Below, one piece after another: positions 10,003-18,323 of a DNA stretch of 47,074 nt. A program made the position numbers and the translations under genes. A model generated the notes under the pieces. The model was not told the DNA's origin. It did no database searches and saw only the letters and a program-made list of their open reading frames with translations. The DNA is from Bacteroidota bacterium (GTDB taxonomy: Bacteria > Bacteroidota > Bacteroidia > Chitinophagales > Chitinophagaceae). The first letter of the stretch is position 1. The number at the start of each line of letters is the position of its first letter. The stretch spans positions 2,097 through 49,170 of the forward strand of contig JAPLER010000096.1 in the NCBI GenBank assembly GCA_026391115.1. The letters run 5' to 3'.

Positions 10003-10563
10003 ATGGCAGAAATGGATACCTCGTCTGGTGGGGGACACAAGAAAGGACCAGGCGTAAAAAAAGGAAAGAAACTTTCTACTAGAGTAGATTTAACACCAAT
10101 GGTTGATTTAGGTTTTTTGTTGATTACGTTTTTTATATTCACAACAACAATGAGCCAGCCAACTGCATTTAAATTAAATTTACCAAAAGATAGCGATGAT
10201 CCTAACAAGCAAACAAAAACTGCTGATAATGGAGCATTAACAATATTATTAGGAAAAGATAACCACGTTTTTTATTACGAAGGAATGTTGGATAATTCAA
10301 ACGCTTCTTCTAAATTCAAATCTGCCAACTTTGGTAATGGCGATGATGGAATTAGGAGTATTATTTTAAGAAAAAAATTGGGTACACCCGAACTTGATTT
10401 TATGGTAATTATAAAGCCTAATCCAGAATGTAATTATAAAAACGTTGTTGATATTTTAGACGAGATGAATATTAATGTAGTAAAAAGATATGCATTAGTT
10501 GATATTACAGATGTAGAAAATCAACTAGTAAAAATCACAGAAGCTGCAAATCCAGTGAAATAA
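10003..10563 (+). CDS. exbD: ExbD/TolR biopolymer transport protein (second copy)
   Basis: 186 aa. DLTPMVDLGFLLITFFIFT anchor and a C-terminal ...YKNVVDILDEM periplasmic domain. Confidence 0.85.
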   Translation: MAEMDTSSGGGHKKGPGVKKGKKLSTRVDLTPMVDLGFLLITFFIFTTTMSQPTAFKLNLPKDSDDPNKQTKTADNGALTILLGKDNHVFYYEGMLDNSNASSKFKSANFGNGDDGIRSIILRKKLGTPELDFMVIIKPNPECNYKNVVDILDEMNINVVKRYALVDITDVENQLVKITEAANPVK

Positions 10564-10608
10564 AATTTATGGATTTTTGATTAAAAATCATCTAATAAAA
10601 AAAATAGT

Positions 10609-11433
10609 ATGGAACTAAATAAAATATTAAGCTCAGATATACTTGACATTCTTTTTGACGGAAGAAATAAAGAATATGGAGCGTATGATTTAAGAAAAAC
10701 CTACAATACTAGGATGCGTAATGCTCTTATTGGAATGGGGTTAGTTTCTTTTATCTTTATGGGTTATAATCTTATCGACAAAAAAGATAAGAAAGATGAT
10801 AAACCTGTTTTTGTTCAGGATATGAGTTTGGAAAAATTAAAAGAACCACCTCCTCCAGAACCACCACCACCACCACCTCCTCCAAAACAGGAACCACCAA
10901 AAATTGAAGTGGCACAGTTTACACCACCAAAAATTGTTCCTAAAGAAGAGGTAAAAGAACCACCACCAGATCAAGAAAAATTGGAAAAAGCTGCAATATC
11001 TGACTTTAATCAAAAGGGGGAAGAAGATAAAGGTGTTGTAGAAGCACCAAAAGAGGTAACAACAGGGGGAACAGGACCAGTAGAGGAAGATTATAATAAA
11101 TTCTTTGCTCACGTAGAAATTGAAGCAGAATTTCCTGGTGGTATTGCAATGTGGAGAAGATATTTAGAAAGAAATTTGAACCAAGATGTGCCTAAAGATA
11201 ATGGAGCTCCTCCAGGAAAATATACAGTTGAAGTTTATTTTGTGGTGGACAGAGAAGGAAATATAAGTGATGTAAAAGGTACTTTTATGGGAAGTGGAGA
11301 AGATTATGGCGTAGTTGCCGAAGCTGTAAAAGCTGTAACTAGAGGCGGAAAATGGAAGCCTGGTATTCAAAATGGTAACAATGTTAAAAGTCCAAAAAGA
11401 CAACCTATAACATTCGTTGTTAACGAAGAATAG
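10609..11433 (+). CDS. tonB: TonB-family energy transducer
   Basis: 274 aa. N-terminal TM segment, a proline-rich spacer KEPPPPEPPPPPPPPKQEPPK, and a C-terminal AEFPGG...W..YL TonB_C motif. Confidence 0.9.
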   Translation: MELNKILSSDILDILFDGRNKEYGAYDLRKTYNTRMRNALIGMGLVSFIFMGYNLIDKKDKKDDKPVFVQDMSLEKLKEPPPPEPPPPPPPPKQEPPKIEVAQFTPPKIVPKEEVKEPPPDQEKLEKAAISDFNQKGEEDKGVVEAPKEVTTGGTGPVEEDYNKFFAHVEIEAEFPGGIAMWRRYLERNLNQDVPKDNGAPPGKYTVEVYFVVDREGNISDVKGTFMGSGEDYGVVAEAVKAVTRGGKWKPGIQNGNNVKSPKRQPITFVVNEE

Positions 11434-11454
11434 TTTTACAAAATTCTTTATAAA

Positions 11455-11487
11455 AATAAAGCCTCTCAATTTTGAGAGGCTTTATTT
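11455..11487. terminator. Bidirectional intrinsic terminator
   Basis: AAAGCCTCTCA-loop-TGAGAGGCTTT with flanking A/T runs, between tonB (+, ends 11433) and msrB (-, ends 11488). Confidence 0.85.
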
Positions 11488-12042
11488 TTAATGTTTATCT
11501 TCTGTAAATTTTTTCTGTGCTTCCTGTGCTCTTTCAAAATCCAGCACTACACCATTAATACAATACCTTAAACCAGTTGGTGGTGGACCATCATTAAAAA
11601 CGTGACCTAGATGCGATTTGCAACGCCCACATTGTACTTCTGTTCTATCCATATTATGCGAATTATCTGGCGTATAAATTATCGAACTTTTGGTAATGGG
11701 TTCATAAAAACTAGGCCAGCCACAACCACTTTCAAATTTAGTATCGCTTTTAAATAAAGCATTGCCACAAGCAGCACAATAATAAGTACCAATTTCTTTG
11801 TTCTTTTCCAAGGGGCTAGTCCAAGGTCGCTCTGTTCCTTTTTGCCTAGCAACATAAAACTGCTCTGGTGTTAGAATTTTTTTCCATTCATTTTCTGGTA
11901 ATACAACTTTGCTACTGTCTGTTTTACTGTAGACTTTAGTTTCATTTTTTGTAGAGTCCATTTTAGTTTCTGTTTTTTTTGTTTGAGATTGACAACTTGT
12001 AATTGCCATAATTAAAGGCAAGCATAGCATTGTTTTTATCAT
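11488..12042 (-). CDS. msrB: Peptide-methionine (R)-S-oxide reductase MsrB, exported lipoprotein form
   Basis: 184 aa. Lipobox [10 protein letters not shown], zinc CxxC pairs [11 protein letters not shown] and [14 protein letters not shown], and catalytic GLRYCINGV. Confidence 0.9.
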   Translation of the reverse strand: MIKTMLCLPLIMAITSCQSQTKKTETKMDSTKNETKVYSKTDSSKVVLPENEWKKILTPEQFYVARQKGTERPWTSPLEKNKEIGTYYCAACGNALFKSDTKFESGCGWPSFYEPITKSSIIYTPDNSHNMDRTEVQCGRCKSHLGHVFNDGPPPTGLRYCINGVVLDFERAQEAQKKFTEDKH

Positions 12043-12139
12043 AATAAATATTTTACTTTAAAGCTATATACGCATCAAATACTGTTTCCGTTCAGATTCG
12101 ATAAAATTAAACATTTTTTTAACATTTCAACTCGTTGTA

Positions 12140-12147
12140 TATATTTG
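12140..12147 (+). promoter_or_regulatory. -7 promoter box TAtaTTTG
   Basis: Exact TAnnTTTG match 26 nt upstream of the adk ATG (12173). Confidence 0.45.
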
Positions 12148-12172
12148 TAATTCACACAAGGTTAGTTGGTAA

Positions 12173-12751
12173 ATGTTAAACATCATTTTATTTGGTCCTC
12201 CAGGAAGTGGAAAAGGTACACAAAGCGAAAAATTAATTGCTAAATATGGCTTAAAACATTTAAGCACAGGTGATTTATTGAGAACAGAAATAGCAGCACA
12301 AACACCACTTGGAATTGAAGCAAAAGCAATGATGGATAAAGGTTTACTTGTGCCAGATGAAGTAGTTATTGGAATGATAAGCAGTGCATTAGAAGCTAAT
12401 CCTGAAGCTAATGGTTTTTTATTTGATGGATTTCCTAGAACCGAAGCTCAAAGTGTTGCATTGGATGGGTTATTAGAATTGAAAGAAACACAAATTGCCT
12501 TGGTTTTATCATTAGAAGTAAGTGAAGAGGAATTGGTTAAACGATTGTTGAATAGAGGTTTAACAAGTGGAAGAAGTGATGATACTAATGAACAAGTTAT
12601 TAGAGCAAGGATTGTTGAATACCATAATAAAACGTCTGTTGTTGCAGATTATTACAGAAAATTCGATAAAGTTAACAATATTAAAGGCGAGGGAACAGTT
12701 GATGAAATATTTGCCTTGCTTTGTAACGAAGTTGATAAATATGTTTCATAA
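12173..12751 (+). CDS. adk: Adenylate kinase (short-LID type)
   Basis: 192 aa. The P-loop GPPGSGKGTQ is followed by HLSTGDLLR and a short LID (RGLTSGRSDD) with no zinc cysteines. Confidence 0.95.
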   Translation: MLNIILFGPPGSGKGTQSEKLIAKYGLKHLSTGDLLRTEIAAQTPLGIEAKAMMDKGLLVPDEVVIGMISSALEANPEANGFLFDGFPRTEAQSVALDGLLELKETQIALVLSLEVSEEELVKRLLNRGLTSGRSDDTNEQVIRARIVEYHNKTSVVADYYRKFDKVNNIKGEGTVDEIFALLCNEVDKYVS

Positions 12752-12775
12752 TTTATTAACCAAAACCAACTGCAA

Positions 12776-12803
12776 AGGGGCTACTTTATGTAGCCTCTTT
12801 TTA
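12776..12803 (+). terminator. Intrinsic terminator after adk
   Basis: AGGGGCTAC-TTTAT-GTAGCCTCT stem (one G-U pair) followed by TTTTT. It overlaps the stop codon of the convergent gene at 12801. Confidence 0.75.
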
Positions 12804-13580
12804 TTTACAAGTAAAATTTGCTTTTCTCTTTTCTAAAAAAGCACTAACACCTTCTTTCATATCTTGAGTTTCAAAGCAATTGCCAAAAGCTTTTACTTCT
12901 TCATCAAAACCATTTTTAGTTTCATCAAAAATAGCATTTGCTGTTTTTATACAATTGGCAACTGCAATTGGTGCTTTGCTATTTATTGTTGTTAAAATTC
13001 CAATTGCTTTTGATAATAATTCTTCTTGTGTAGTAACGTGGTTTACCAATCCATAACTCAATGCAGTTGCAGCATCTATCATATTTGCACTAATTAACAA
13101 CTCAATGGCTCTGCCTTTTCCAATGAGTTGTGCAAGCCTTTGTGTGCCACCATAACCAGGTATTAAACCAAGGTTTACTTCTGGTTGACCAAATTTTGCA
13201 TTATCACTTGCAAGTCTAAAATGGCAACTCATAGCAAGTTCTAAACCACCACCTAAAGCAAAACCATTTATACAAGCAACTATTGGTTTACTACAGTTTT
13301 CAATTTTAAAAAAAATATCTTGCCCACGTTTTGCCAATGCCATTGCTTGTTCTTTATTGTAACTACTAAACTCAGCAATATCGGCACCTGCAACAAATGC
13401 TTTACTGCCACTACCTATAATAATTGCACTTCTTATTTCTGCCGAATTTTCGATTTCATCCACCACATTATTCAAATCTGTAAATACATCTTTATTAAGG
13501 GCATTTAATTTATCTGGTCTATTAATAGTTATTGTAAGAATATTATTTTCTAATGATGTAAGCAATGTTGTGTAACTCAT
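12801..13580 (-). CDS. Enoyl-CoA hydratase/isomerase (crotonase) family protein
   Basis: 259 aa with FVAGADIAEF and INGFALGGGLELAMSCHFRLAS, the oxyanion-hole motifs. Confidence 0.9.
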   Translation of the reverse strand: MSYTTLLTSLENNILTITINRPDKLNALNKDVFTDLNNVVDEIENSAEIRSAIIIGSGSKAFVAGADIAEFSSYNKEQAMALAKRGQDIFFKIENCSKPIVACINGFALGGGLELAMSCHFRLASDNAKFGQPEVNLGLIPGYGGTQRLAQLIGKGRAIELLISANMIDAATALSYGLVNHVTTQEELLSKAIGILTTINSKAPIAVANCIKTANAIFDETKNGFDEEVKAFGNCFETQDMKEGVSAFLEKRKANFTCK

Positions 13581-13676
13581 AAAATTGTTTTTGCGAAGAT
13601 GTGAGATTATTTACGATGTACGATTTTAGAGGTACGATTTTTTTAAATTACTGCATTAAATTCTTTGCTGCTTATG

Positions 13677-13684
13677 TAGCTTTG
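13677..13684 (+). promoter_or_regulatory. -7 promoter box TAgcTTTG
   Basis: Exact TAnnTTTG match 28 nt upstream of the ATG at 13712. Confidence 0.4.
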
Positions 13685-13711
13685 CGTTAAATAATATTGA
13701 TTAAAGTTTTT

Positions 13712-14623
13712 ATGCAAAATAATTTTTTACAAATACACCCAAGAGTTGCACAAGCATTACAACAAGGCAAGCCGGTTGTTGCATTAGAAAGTACCATTAT
13801 TTCTCATGGTATGCCTTATCCAAAAAATGTTGAAACAGCATTAGCTGTTGAAGAAATTATTTTACAAAATGGTGCTATACCAGCAACAATAGCCATCATT
13901 AATGGCAAGTGTTGTGTGGGTTTAAGCAAAGATGAAATTGAAACTTTTGGTAAAGAAAAGAATGTGTGGAAAGTGAGCTTGAGAGATATGCCTTATGTTG
14001 TAAGTAAAAAATTATTTGGAGCAACAACTGTTGCTGCAACAATGCGTATTGCAAGTATGGTAGGGATAAAAATTTTTGTAACAGGTGGAATTGGCGGTGT
14101 GCATAGAGGTGCTGCAACAACAATGGATATTAGTGCAGACTTGACTGAAATGGCCCAAACAAATGTTGCTGTTGTAAGTGCTGGTATAAAATCTATTTTA
14201 GATATTGGATTAACGCTTGAATATTTAGAAACACTTGGTATTCCAGTAGTTACATACAACCAAAAAACATTTCCAAGTTTTTATAGTAACGAAAGTAATT
14301 ACATAACGCCATTGCAATTAAATACACCACAAGAAATAGCTGCAATGCTACAAACCAAGTGGGCTTTGGGTTTAAATGGAAGTGTAATGATTGCAAATCC
14401 AATTCCTAAAGAATATGAAATGCCAGCAAATATTGTTGAAAGCCATATACAGAAAGCATTACAAGCTGCAACTAAAAAAAATATTAAAGGCAAAGATGTA
14501 ACACCTTTTATTTTACAATATATAGCACAACATACAGGTGGCGAAAGCTTGGAAGCTAATATTGCTTTGATTAAACACAATGCTACATTGGGTGCTAAAA
14601 TTGCTGTAGCATTTTGCAATTAA
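13712..14623 (+). CDS. psuG: Pseudouridine-5'-phosphate glycosidase
   Basis: ORF 13697-14623 starts at TTG; I prefer the ATG at 13712. ALESTIISHGMPYPKN and GGIGGVHRG are typical of PsuG (IndA-like). Confidence 0.9.
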   Translation: MQNNFLQIHPRVAQALQQGKPVVALESTIISHGMPYPKNVETALAVEEIILQNGAIPATIAIINGKCCVGLSKDEIETFGKEKNVWKVSLRDMPYVVSKKLFGATTVAATMRIASMVGIKIFVTGGIGGVHRGAATTMDISADLTEMAQTNVAVVSAGIKSILDIGLTLEYLETLGIPVVTYNQKTFPSFYSNESNYITPLQLNTPQEIAAMLQTKWALGLNGSVMIANPIPKEYEMPANIVESHIQKALQAATKKNIKGKDVTPFILQYIAQHTGGESLEANIALIKHNATLGAKIAVAFCN

Positions 14624-14659
14624 CTTCTATTTGCGAAACCTTAAATGAAGAATCACTAT

Positions 14660-14667
14660 TAACTTTG
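14660..14667 (+). promoter_or_regulatory. -7 promoter box TAacTTTG, only 7 nt from the ATG
   Basis: Exact TAnnTTTG match. The ATG is at 14675. Confidence 0.4.
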
Positions 14668-14674
14668 TGATATT

Positions 14675-15190
14675 ATGACTGGAGAAATAATAAATAAAGT
14701 TTCAGAAAGTGGTATTGTAACACTTGATTTAGCTGATTTTTATCCTAAACAAGAAATAAAAGTTTTTGATTTGAAAGACTACTTATTTATGGGTTTAATA
14801 CTTAAAGAAAAAGATTATAGAGCAGCTTTGCAAACTACAGATTGGACTATTTATCAAGATAAAAATGTATGTATTAATTGTAGTGCAGATGCTATTATTC
14901 CAATGTGGGCTTATATGTTAGCTGCATCTTACTTGCAACCTGTTGCTGTAAATGTTGTTTTTGGTAATGAACAAAATTTAATAGAAACACAAATTTCGCA
15001 AGCCATTAATAACATCAATATAGATGAATATACTGACAAGCGTATTGTAGTAAAGGGTTGTGGTGAAGTTGATATTCCTGCAAGTGCTTATGTAGCTATA
15101 ACGCATAAATTAAAGCCTGTTGCAAAAAGCATTATGTATGGTGAACCTTGTAGCACTGTACCTATTTATAAAAAAGCAATAGCAAAATAA
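14675..15190 (+). CDS. DUF2480-family protein
   Basis: 171 aa. N-terminus GEIINKVSESGIVTLDLADFYP... as I recall it for DUF2480 of Bacteroidota. This is a family-level call from memory. Confidence 0.6.
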   Translation: MTGEIINKVSESGIVTLDLADFYPKQEIKVFDLKDYLFMGLILKEKDYRAALQTTDWTIYQDKNVCINCSADAIIPMWAYMLAASYLQPVAVNVVFGNEQNLIETQISQAINNINIDEYTDKRIVVKGCGEVDIPASAYVAITHKLKPVAKSIMYGEPCSTVPIYKKAIAK

Positions 15191-15195
15191 TTGTT

Positions 15196-15663
15196 GTGTA
15201 TAAGCAAAACCTTACACCCCATCTTGCACTTCAAAAAATAAAACAATATTGTGCTTATCAGGAACGCAGCCATTTTGAAACAAAAAACAAATTGTTTGAA
15301 TATGGTTTAAAACCCAGTGAAGTTGATAATATACTTGCTACACTTATAGAAGAAAATTTTTTAAACGAAGAGCGTTTTGCAACACTATTTGCAGGTGGAA
15401 AATTTAGAATAAAACATTGGGGTAAAGTAAAAATAAAATACGAACTACAACAACATAAAGTAAGCATTTATAATATTAAAAAAGCCCTTCAACAAATTGA
15501 TGAAGACGAGTATTTACAAGCACTCGAAAAGATTTGCAAAAAATATTACACACCTTTAAAAGGCAAACAAATAGAGAAAAATTATAAAACCAAAACTTAC
15601 TTACAACAAAAAGGATTTGAATTAGATTTAATAAATCAAACTTTAAAGAAAATAGTGGTTTAA
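15196..15663 (+). CDS. recX: RecX-like regulatory protein
   Basis: 155 aa with a GTG start. ALQKIKQYCAYQERSHFETKNKLFEYGL and the repeated helical modules resemble Bacteroidota RecX. No recA is adjacent. Confidence 0.7.
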   Translation: MYKQNLTPHLALQKIKQYCAYQERSHFETKNKLFEYGLKPSEVDNILATLIEENFLNEERFATLFAGGKFRIKHWGKVKIKYELQQHKVSIYNIKKALQQIDEDEYLQALEKICKKYYTPLKGKQIEKNYKTKTYLQQKGFELDLINQTLKKIVV

Positions 15664-16415
15664 CTGTTTTGCAATTTGAGTAGTTTGTAGTACTTAATCA
15701 TAGTGTGATAAGCAACTGTAGATGCTATAAAAAAGCCATCTACGCCATTTAAAAAACCTAGTTTAAAAACATAACCATTTACAAACGCTACAAAAGGATT
15801 AATGAATAACTTAAATACATTGCTTCTTTTGCCCTGTAGCAACATTGCTTTGGCTTGTATAGTGGTAAACTTATTGTTTTGGGTAAGCACTTCTTCTATT
15901 GTGTAATAACTATAGTGCAGCAAATCTCCTTTTAATAAAGTAGTGCTACAACCTTGTTGCATTTCAATTTTATCGTGAGGATTTACACCACCCCACTTGC
16001 CTTTTTGTTTATTAAATAAGCGTAATTTTCTATCAGGATACCAATTGCCATATTTAATCCATTTTCCACAAAAATTGCTACACCTATTCATGGTATAGCT
16101 ATCATTTGAAAAATTATTTTGTTTTGCAATTTTTATTGACTCAATTAACTCTTTGCTTAAACATTCATCCGCATCTAAACATAAAACATAATTGTGTTTG
16201 CAATGATCTAATGCAAAATTCTTTTGTTCTATATATCCCAAAAACTTTTGACTAAAAAACTTTACGCCATATTGTTTACAAATGTTTTCTGTATTATCAC
16301 TACTTAGGCTGTCAATTACAACAATCTCGTTAGCAATGTCTTTAACACTGTCTAAGCAGCGTGCAATATTTTTTTCTTCGTTAAAAGTAATGATGGAAAC
16401 AGATAGTGATTGCAT
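15660..16415 (-). CDS. Family 2 glycosyltransferase
   Basis: 251 aa. LSVSIITFNEEKNIARCLDSV and LCLDADE (DxD) motifs. Its stop overlaps the recX stop in TTAA. Confidence 0.85.
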   Translation of the reverse strand: MQSLSVSIITFNEEKNIARCLDSVKDIANEIVVIDSLSSDNTENICKQYGVKFFSQKFLGYIEQKNFALDHCKHNYVLCLDADECLSKELIESIKIAKQNNFSNDSYTMNRCSNFCGKWIKYGNWYPDRKLRLFNKQKGKWGGVNPHDKIEMQQGCSTTLLKGDLLHYSYYTIEEVLTQNNKFTTIQAKAMLLQGKRSNVFKLFINPFVAFVNGYVFKLGFLNGVDGFFIASTVAYHTMIKYYKLLKLQNS

Positions 16416-16428
16416 TGTAAATAAAAAT

Positions 16429-16436
16429 CAAATATA
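16429..16436 (-). promoter_or_regulatory. -7 promoter box TAtaTTTG (minus strand)
   Basis: The complement of CAAATATA, 13 nt upstream of the GT2 start (16415). Confidence 0.4.
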
Positions 16437-16489
16437 GTTTTTGCATCACATAACCCCAATATTTCCTTTCATCAAAACTATAATTCTCT

Positions 16490-16497
16490 TATTTTTG
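16490..16497 (+). promoter_or_regulatory. -7 promoter box TAttTTTG
   Basis: Exact TAnnTTTG match 16 nt upstream of the ATG at 16514. Confidence 0.45.
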
Positions 16498-16513
16498 AAC
16501 CATAATTAGTAAA

Positions 16514-16975
16514 ATGAAAAGATTATTTTTTGCTGCGTTTGCATTAACTGTTGTTTTAATGGCTTGTACTAAAACAGAGAATCCTGCTACAACTTATTTG
16601 CCTTTAACAAAATACAATGTAGCTGGTACTTACAAGATTACTGCATTAACATTTACTCCCAATAGTTCGCTTATTGAATATGATGTCTATAATATAGATA
16701 CTATTTTCAAAGCTTGTCAAAAAGATGATTTATTAATCTTTGATACCAACTATGTTTTTAATTATGCAGACTCTGGTACACAATGTTCTATGCCTCAAAA
16801 TTATACAGGTGTTTATGTAATTTCTAGTCCTAATTTATTGGCTTTTGAAGGAGAAAATTTTATAGTTCAAAGTTTATCTACAACTAATTTAGTTATTACA
16901 CAAAGCCAAACGCTACCTTTTTTAGCTGGAAATATTATGGGTATATTAAAATCTACATTAACTAAGCAACCATAA
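16514..16975 (+). CDS. Small lipoprotein (possibly lipocalin-like), paralog 1
   Basis: 153 aa. Lipobox VVLMACTK. Motifs LPLTKYNVAGTYKITALTFTP and CQKDDLLIFDT are shared with the next gene. Confidence 0.7.
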   Translation: MKRLFFAAFALTVVLMACTKTENPATTYLPLTKYNVAGTYKITALTFTPNSSLIEYDVYNIDTIFKACQKDDLLIFDTNYVFNYADSGTQCSMPQNYTGVYVISSPNLLAFEGENFIVQSLSTTNLVITQSQTLPFLAGNIMGILKSTLTKQP

Positions 16976-16984
16976 CTTCTTAAA

Positions 16985-17425
16985 ATGAAAAAATTAATTT
17001 TAACATTTTCTATAGTAACAATAATTGTTGCTTGTAAAAAAAATGAAGATAATACAGCTCCAAGTCTTCCTTTAACTAAATCAAATATTGCTGGAACGTA
17101 TAAAGTAACTGCTGCTACATTTACACCAAGTGGGTCACCATTAGCTTTTAATGTTTTTGATGATACAACTGCTTACAAAGTATGTAAAAAAGACGACTTG
17201 CTAATTTTTGATACCACAAATTATACTTACAGCGATGTAGGCACAATTTGTAGCCCTAATGGTAGTGTGAGTCCTTCGCCTTATACACTAAAACTGCCAG
17301 ATACTTTAATTTATGGTGGGTGAAGTTATAATATAATTAGTTTAACAGCTACTCAACTTCAAATCTCACGTTTTGTTACAAGTCCTATTTCAGGTACAGG
17401 TGGCATTACATTAACACGTCAGTAA
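16985..17425 (+). pseudogene. Paralog 2 of the small lipoprotein, interrupted by an in-frame TGA at 17321-17323
   Basis: ORF 16985-17323 (112 aa) aligns with paralog 1. After the TGA the same frame stays open for 33 more codons to the TAA at 17423-17425. That tail (SYNIISLTATQLQISR...) still aligns with the paralog 1 tail (NFIVQSLSTTNLVITQ...). Confidence 0.6.
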
Positions 17426-17435
17426 TTTTATTGAT

Positions 17436-17864
17436 ATGAAAAAACAATTATTGGCTTGTATTATAATATTAGCAATGCTTGTAGCTTGCAAAAACAAAGA
17501 TGCTGAGGCAAGTAAGCTAGATAAAAAGTCTTACAAAGAACAAAAGGAGAGTCTTTTGGATAAAGAAAAAAAATCTCCAAAAGAATTCTTGGTTTTAACT
17601 GGAGAAGACAATAGAAACTTTTGGGGCAAATCTGTATATAGAGGTAAAATTGAAAATACTGCTACAATATGCAGCTATAAAAATGTTCGTGTAAAATTTT
17701 TGTACTACAAATCAGATGGAACTTATGTAACCAATCATGAGGATGTGTATGAAGATGTAATAAAACCTGGTGATACATTTGAGTTTAAATCTAAGTACAA
17801 AACACCAAGTGGAACAGATAGTGTTACTGCAAGTATTATGAGTGCAGTAGCAGTGGGAAATTAA
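17436..17864 (+). CDS. Hypothetical lipoprotein
   Basis: 142 aa. Lipobox LAMLVACKNKD. Confidence 0.65.
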   Translation: MKKQLLACIIILAMLVACKNKDAEASKLDKKSYKEQKESLLDKEKKSPKEFLVLTGEDNRNFWGKSVYRGKIENTATICSYKNVRVKFLYYKSDGTYVTNHEDVYEDVIKPGDTFEFKSKYKTPSGTDSVTASIMSAVAVGN

Positions 17865-17905
17865 GAAATGATAGTCATTAATAAATTAACAGTAAACTAG
17901 TAAAT

Positions 17906-18316
17906 ATGATACGTAATGCATCTGCTGTGTGGAATGGCACAGGAAAAGAAGGAACTGGACATTTAACAACACAAAGTACTGTACTTAACAAAACACAATA
18001 TTCTTTTAACACACGTTTTGCAGATGGAGTTGGTACCAATCCAGAGGAATTAGTAGCAGCTGCACACGCTGGTTGCTTTACAATGAAACTAAGTTTTGTA
18101 TTAAATGCTGCTGGTTTTACAGCTACAAGCATAGACACAAAATGCGAAATTACTTTTTTAGATGGTGCTATTACAAAGTCTCATTTAATAGTTAATGCAA
18201 CTATTCCTGATATTAGTAATGAACAATTTCAAGCTTGTGTAAAAGACGCAGAAGCGAATTGCCCTATAAGCAAATTATTAAATACATCAATTAGTTCTGA
18301 AGCAGTTTTAGCGTAG
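17906..18316 (+). CDS. osmC: OsmC-family peroxiredoxin
   Basis: 136 aa. WNGTGKEGTGH, the first Cys in AAAHAGCFTM and the second in AEANCPISK. Confidence 0.9.
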   Translation: MIRNASAVWNGTGKEGTGHLTTQSTVLNKTQYSFNTRFADGVGTNPEELVAAAHAGCFTMKLSFVLNAAGFTATSIDTKCEITFLDGAITKSHLIVNATIPDISNEQFQACVKDAEANCPISKLLNTSISSEAVLA

Positions 18317-18323
18317 TATTTCA

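Noticed and set aside
10837-11112. A Trp-rich 91-aa antisense ORF (WWWWWFWRRW...).
   Set aside because: It is the reverse complement of the CCA/CCT proline-codon tract of TonB. It is a compositional artefact.
13613-13641. Repeated TACGAT / GTACGATTTT motifs upstream of the enoyl-CoA hydratase gene, considered as a regulatory array.
   Set aside because: There are only two full 10-mers plus one partial copy, with irregular spacing, in AT-rich DNA. That is too weak to call.
13899-14619. Antisense ORFs within psuG (74, 88 and 106 aa). The same applies to 46241-46663 in guaB, 8391-8738 in exbB, 2529-3586 in cysS, 26658-27251 in the polymerase gene, and others in the track.
   Set aside because: All lie wholly inside confidently identified genes on the opposite strand. 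Their composition is that of reverse-complemented codons, and they have no independent signals.
17321-17323. Selenocysteine recoding at the in-frame TGA of the lipoprotein paralog.
   Set aside because: There is no redox-type Cys/Sec context. The paralog does not have Cys at the aligned position, and I see no convincing stem-loop immediately downstream.
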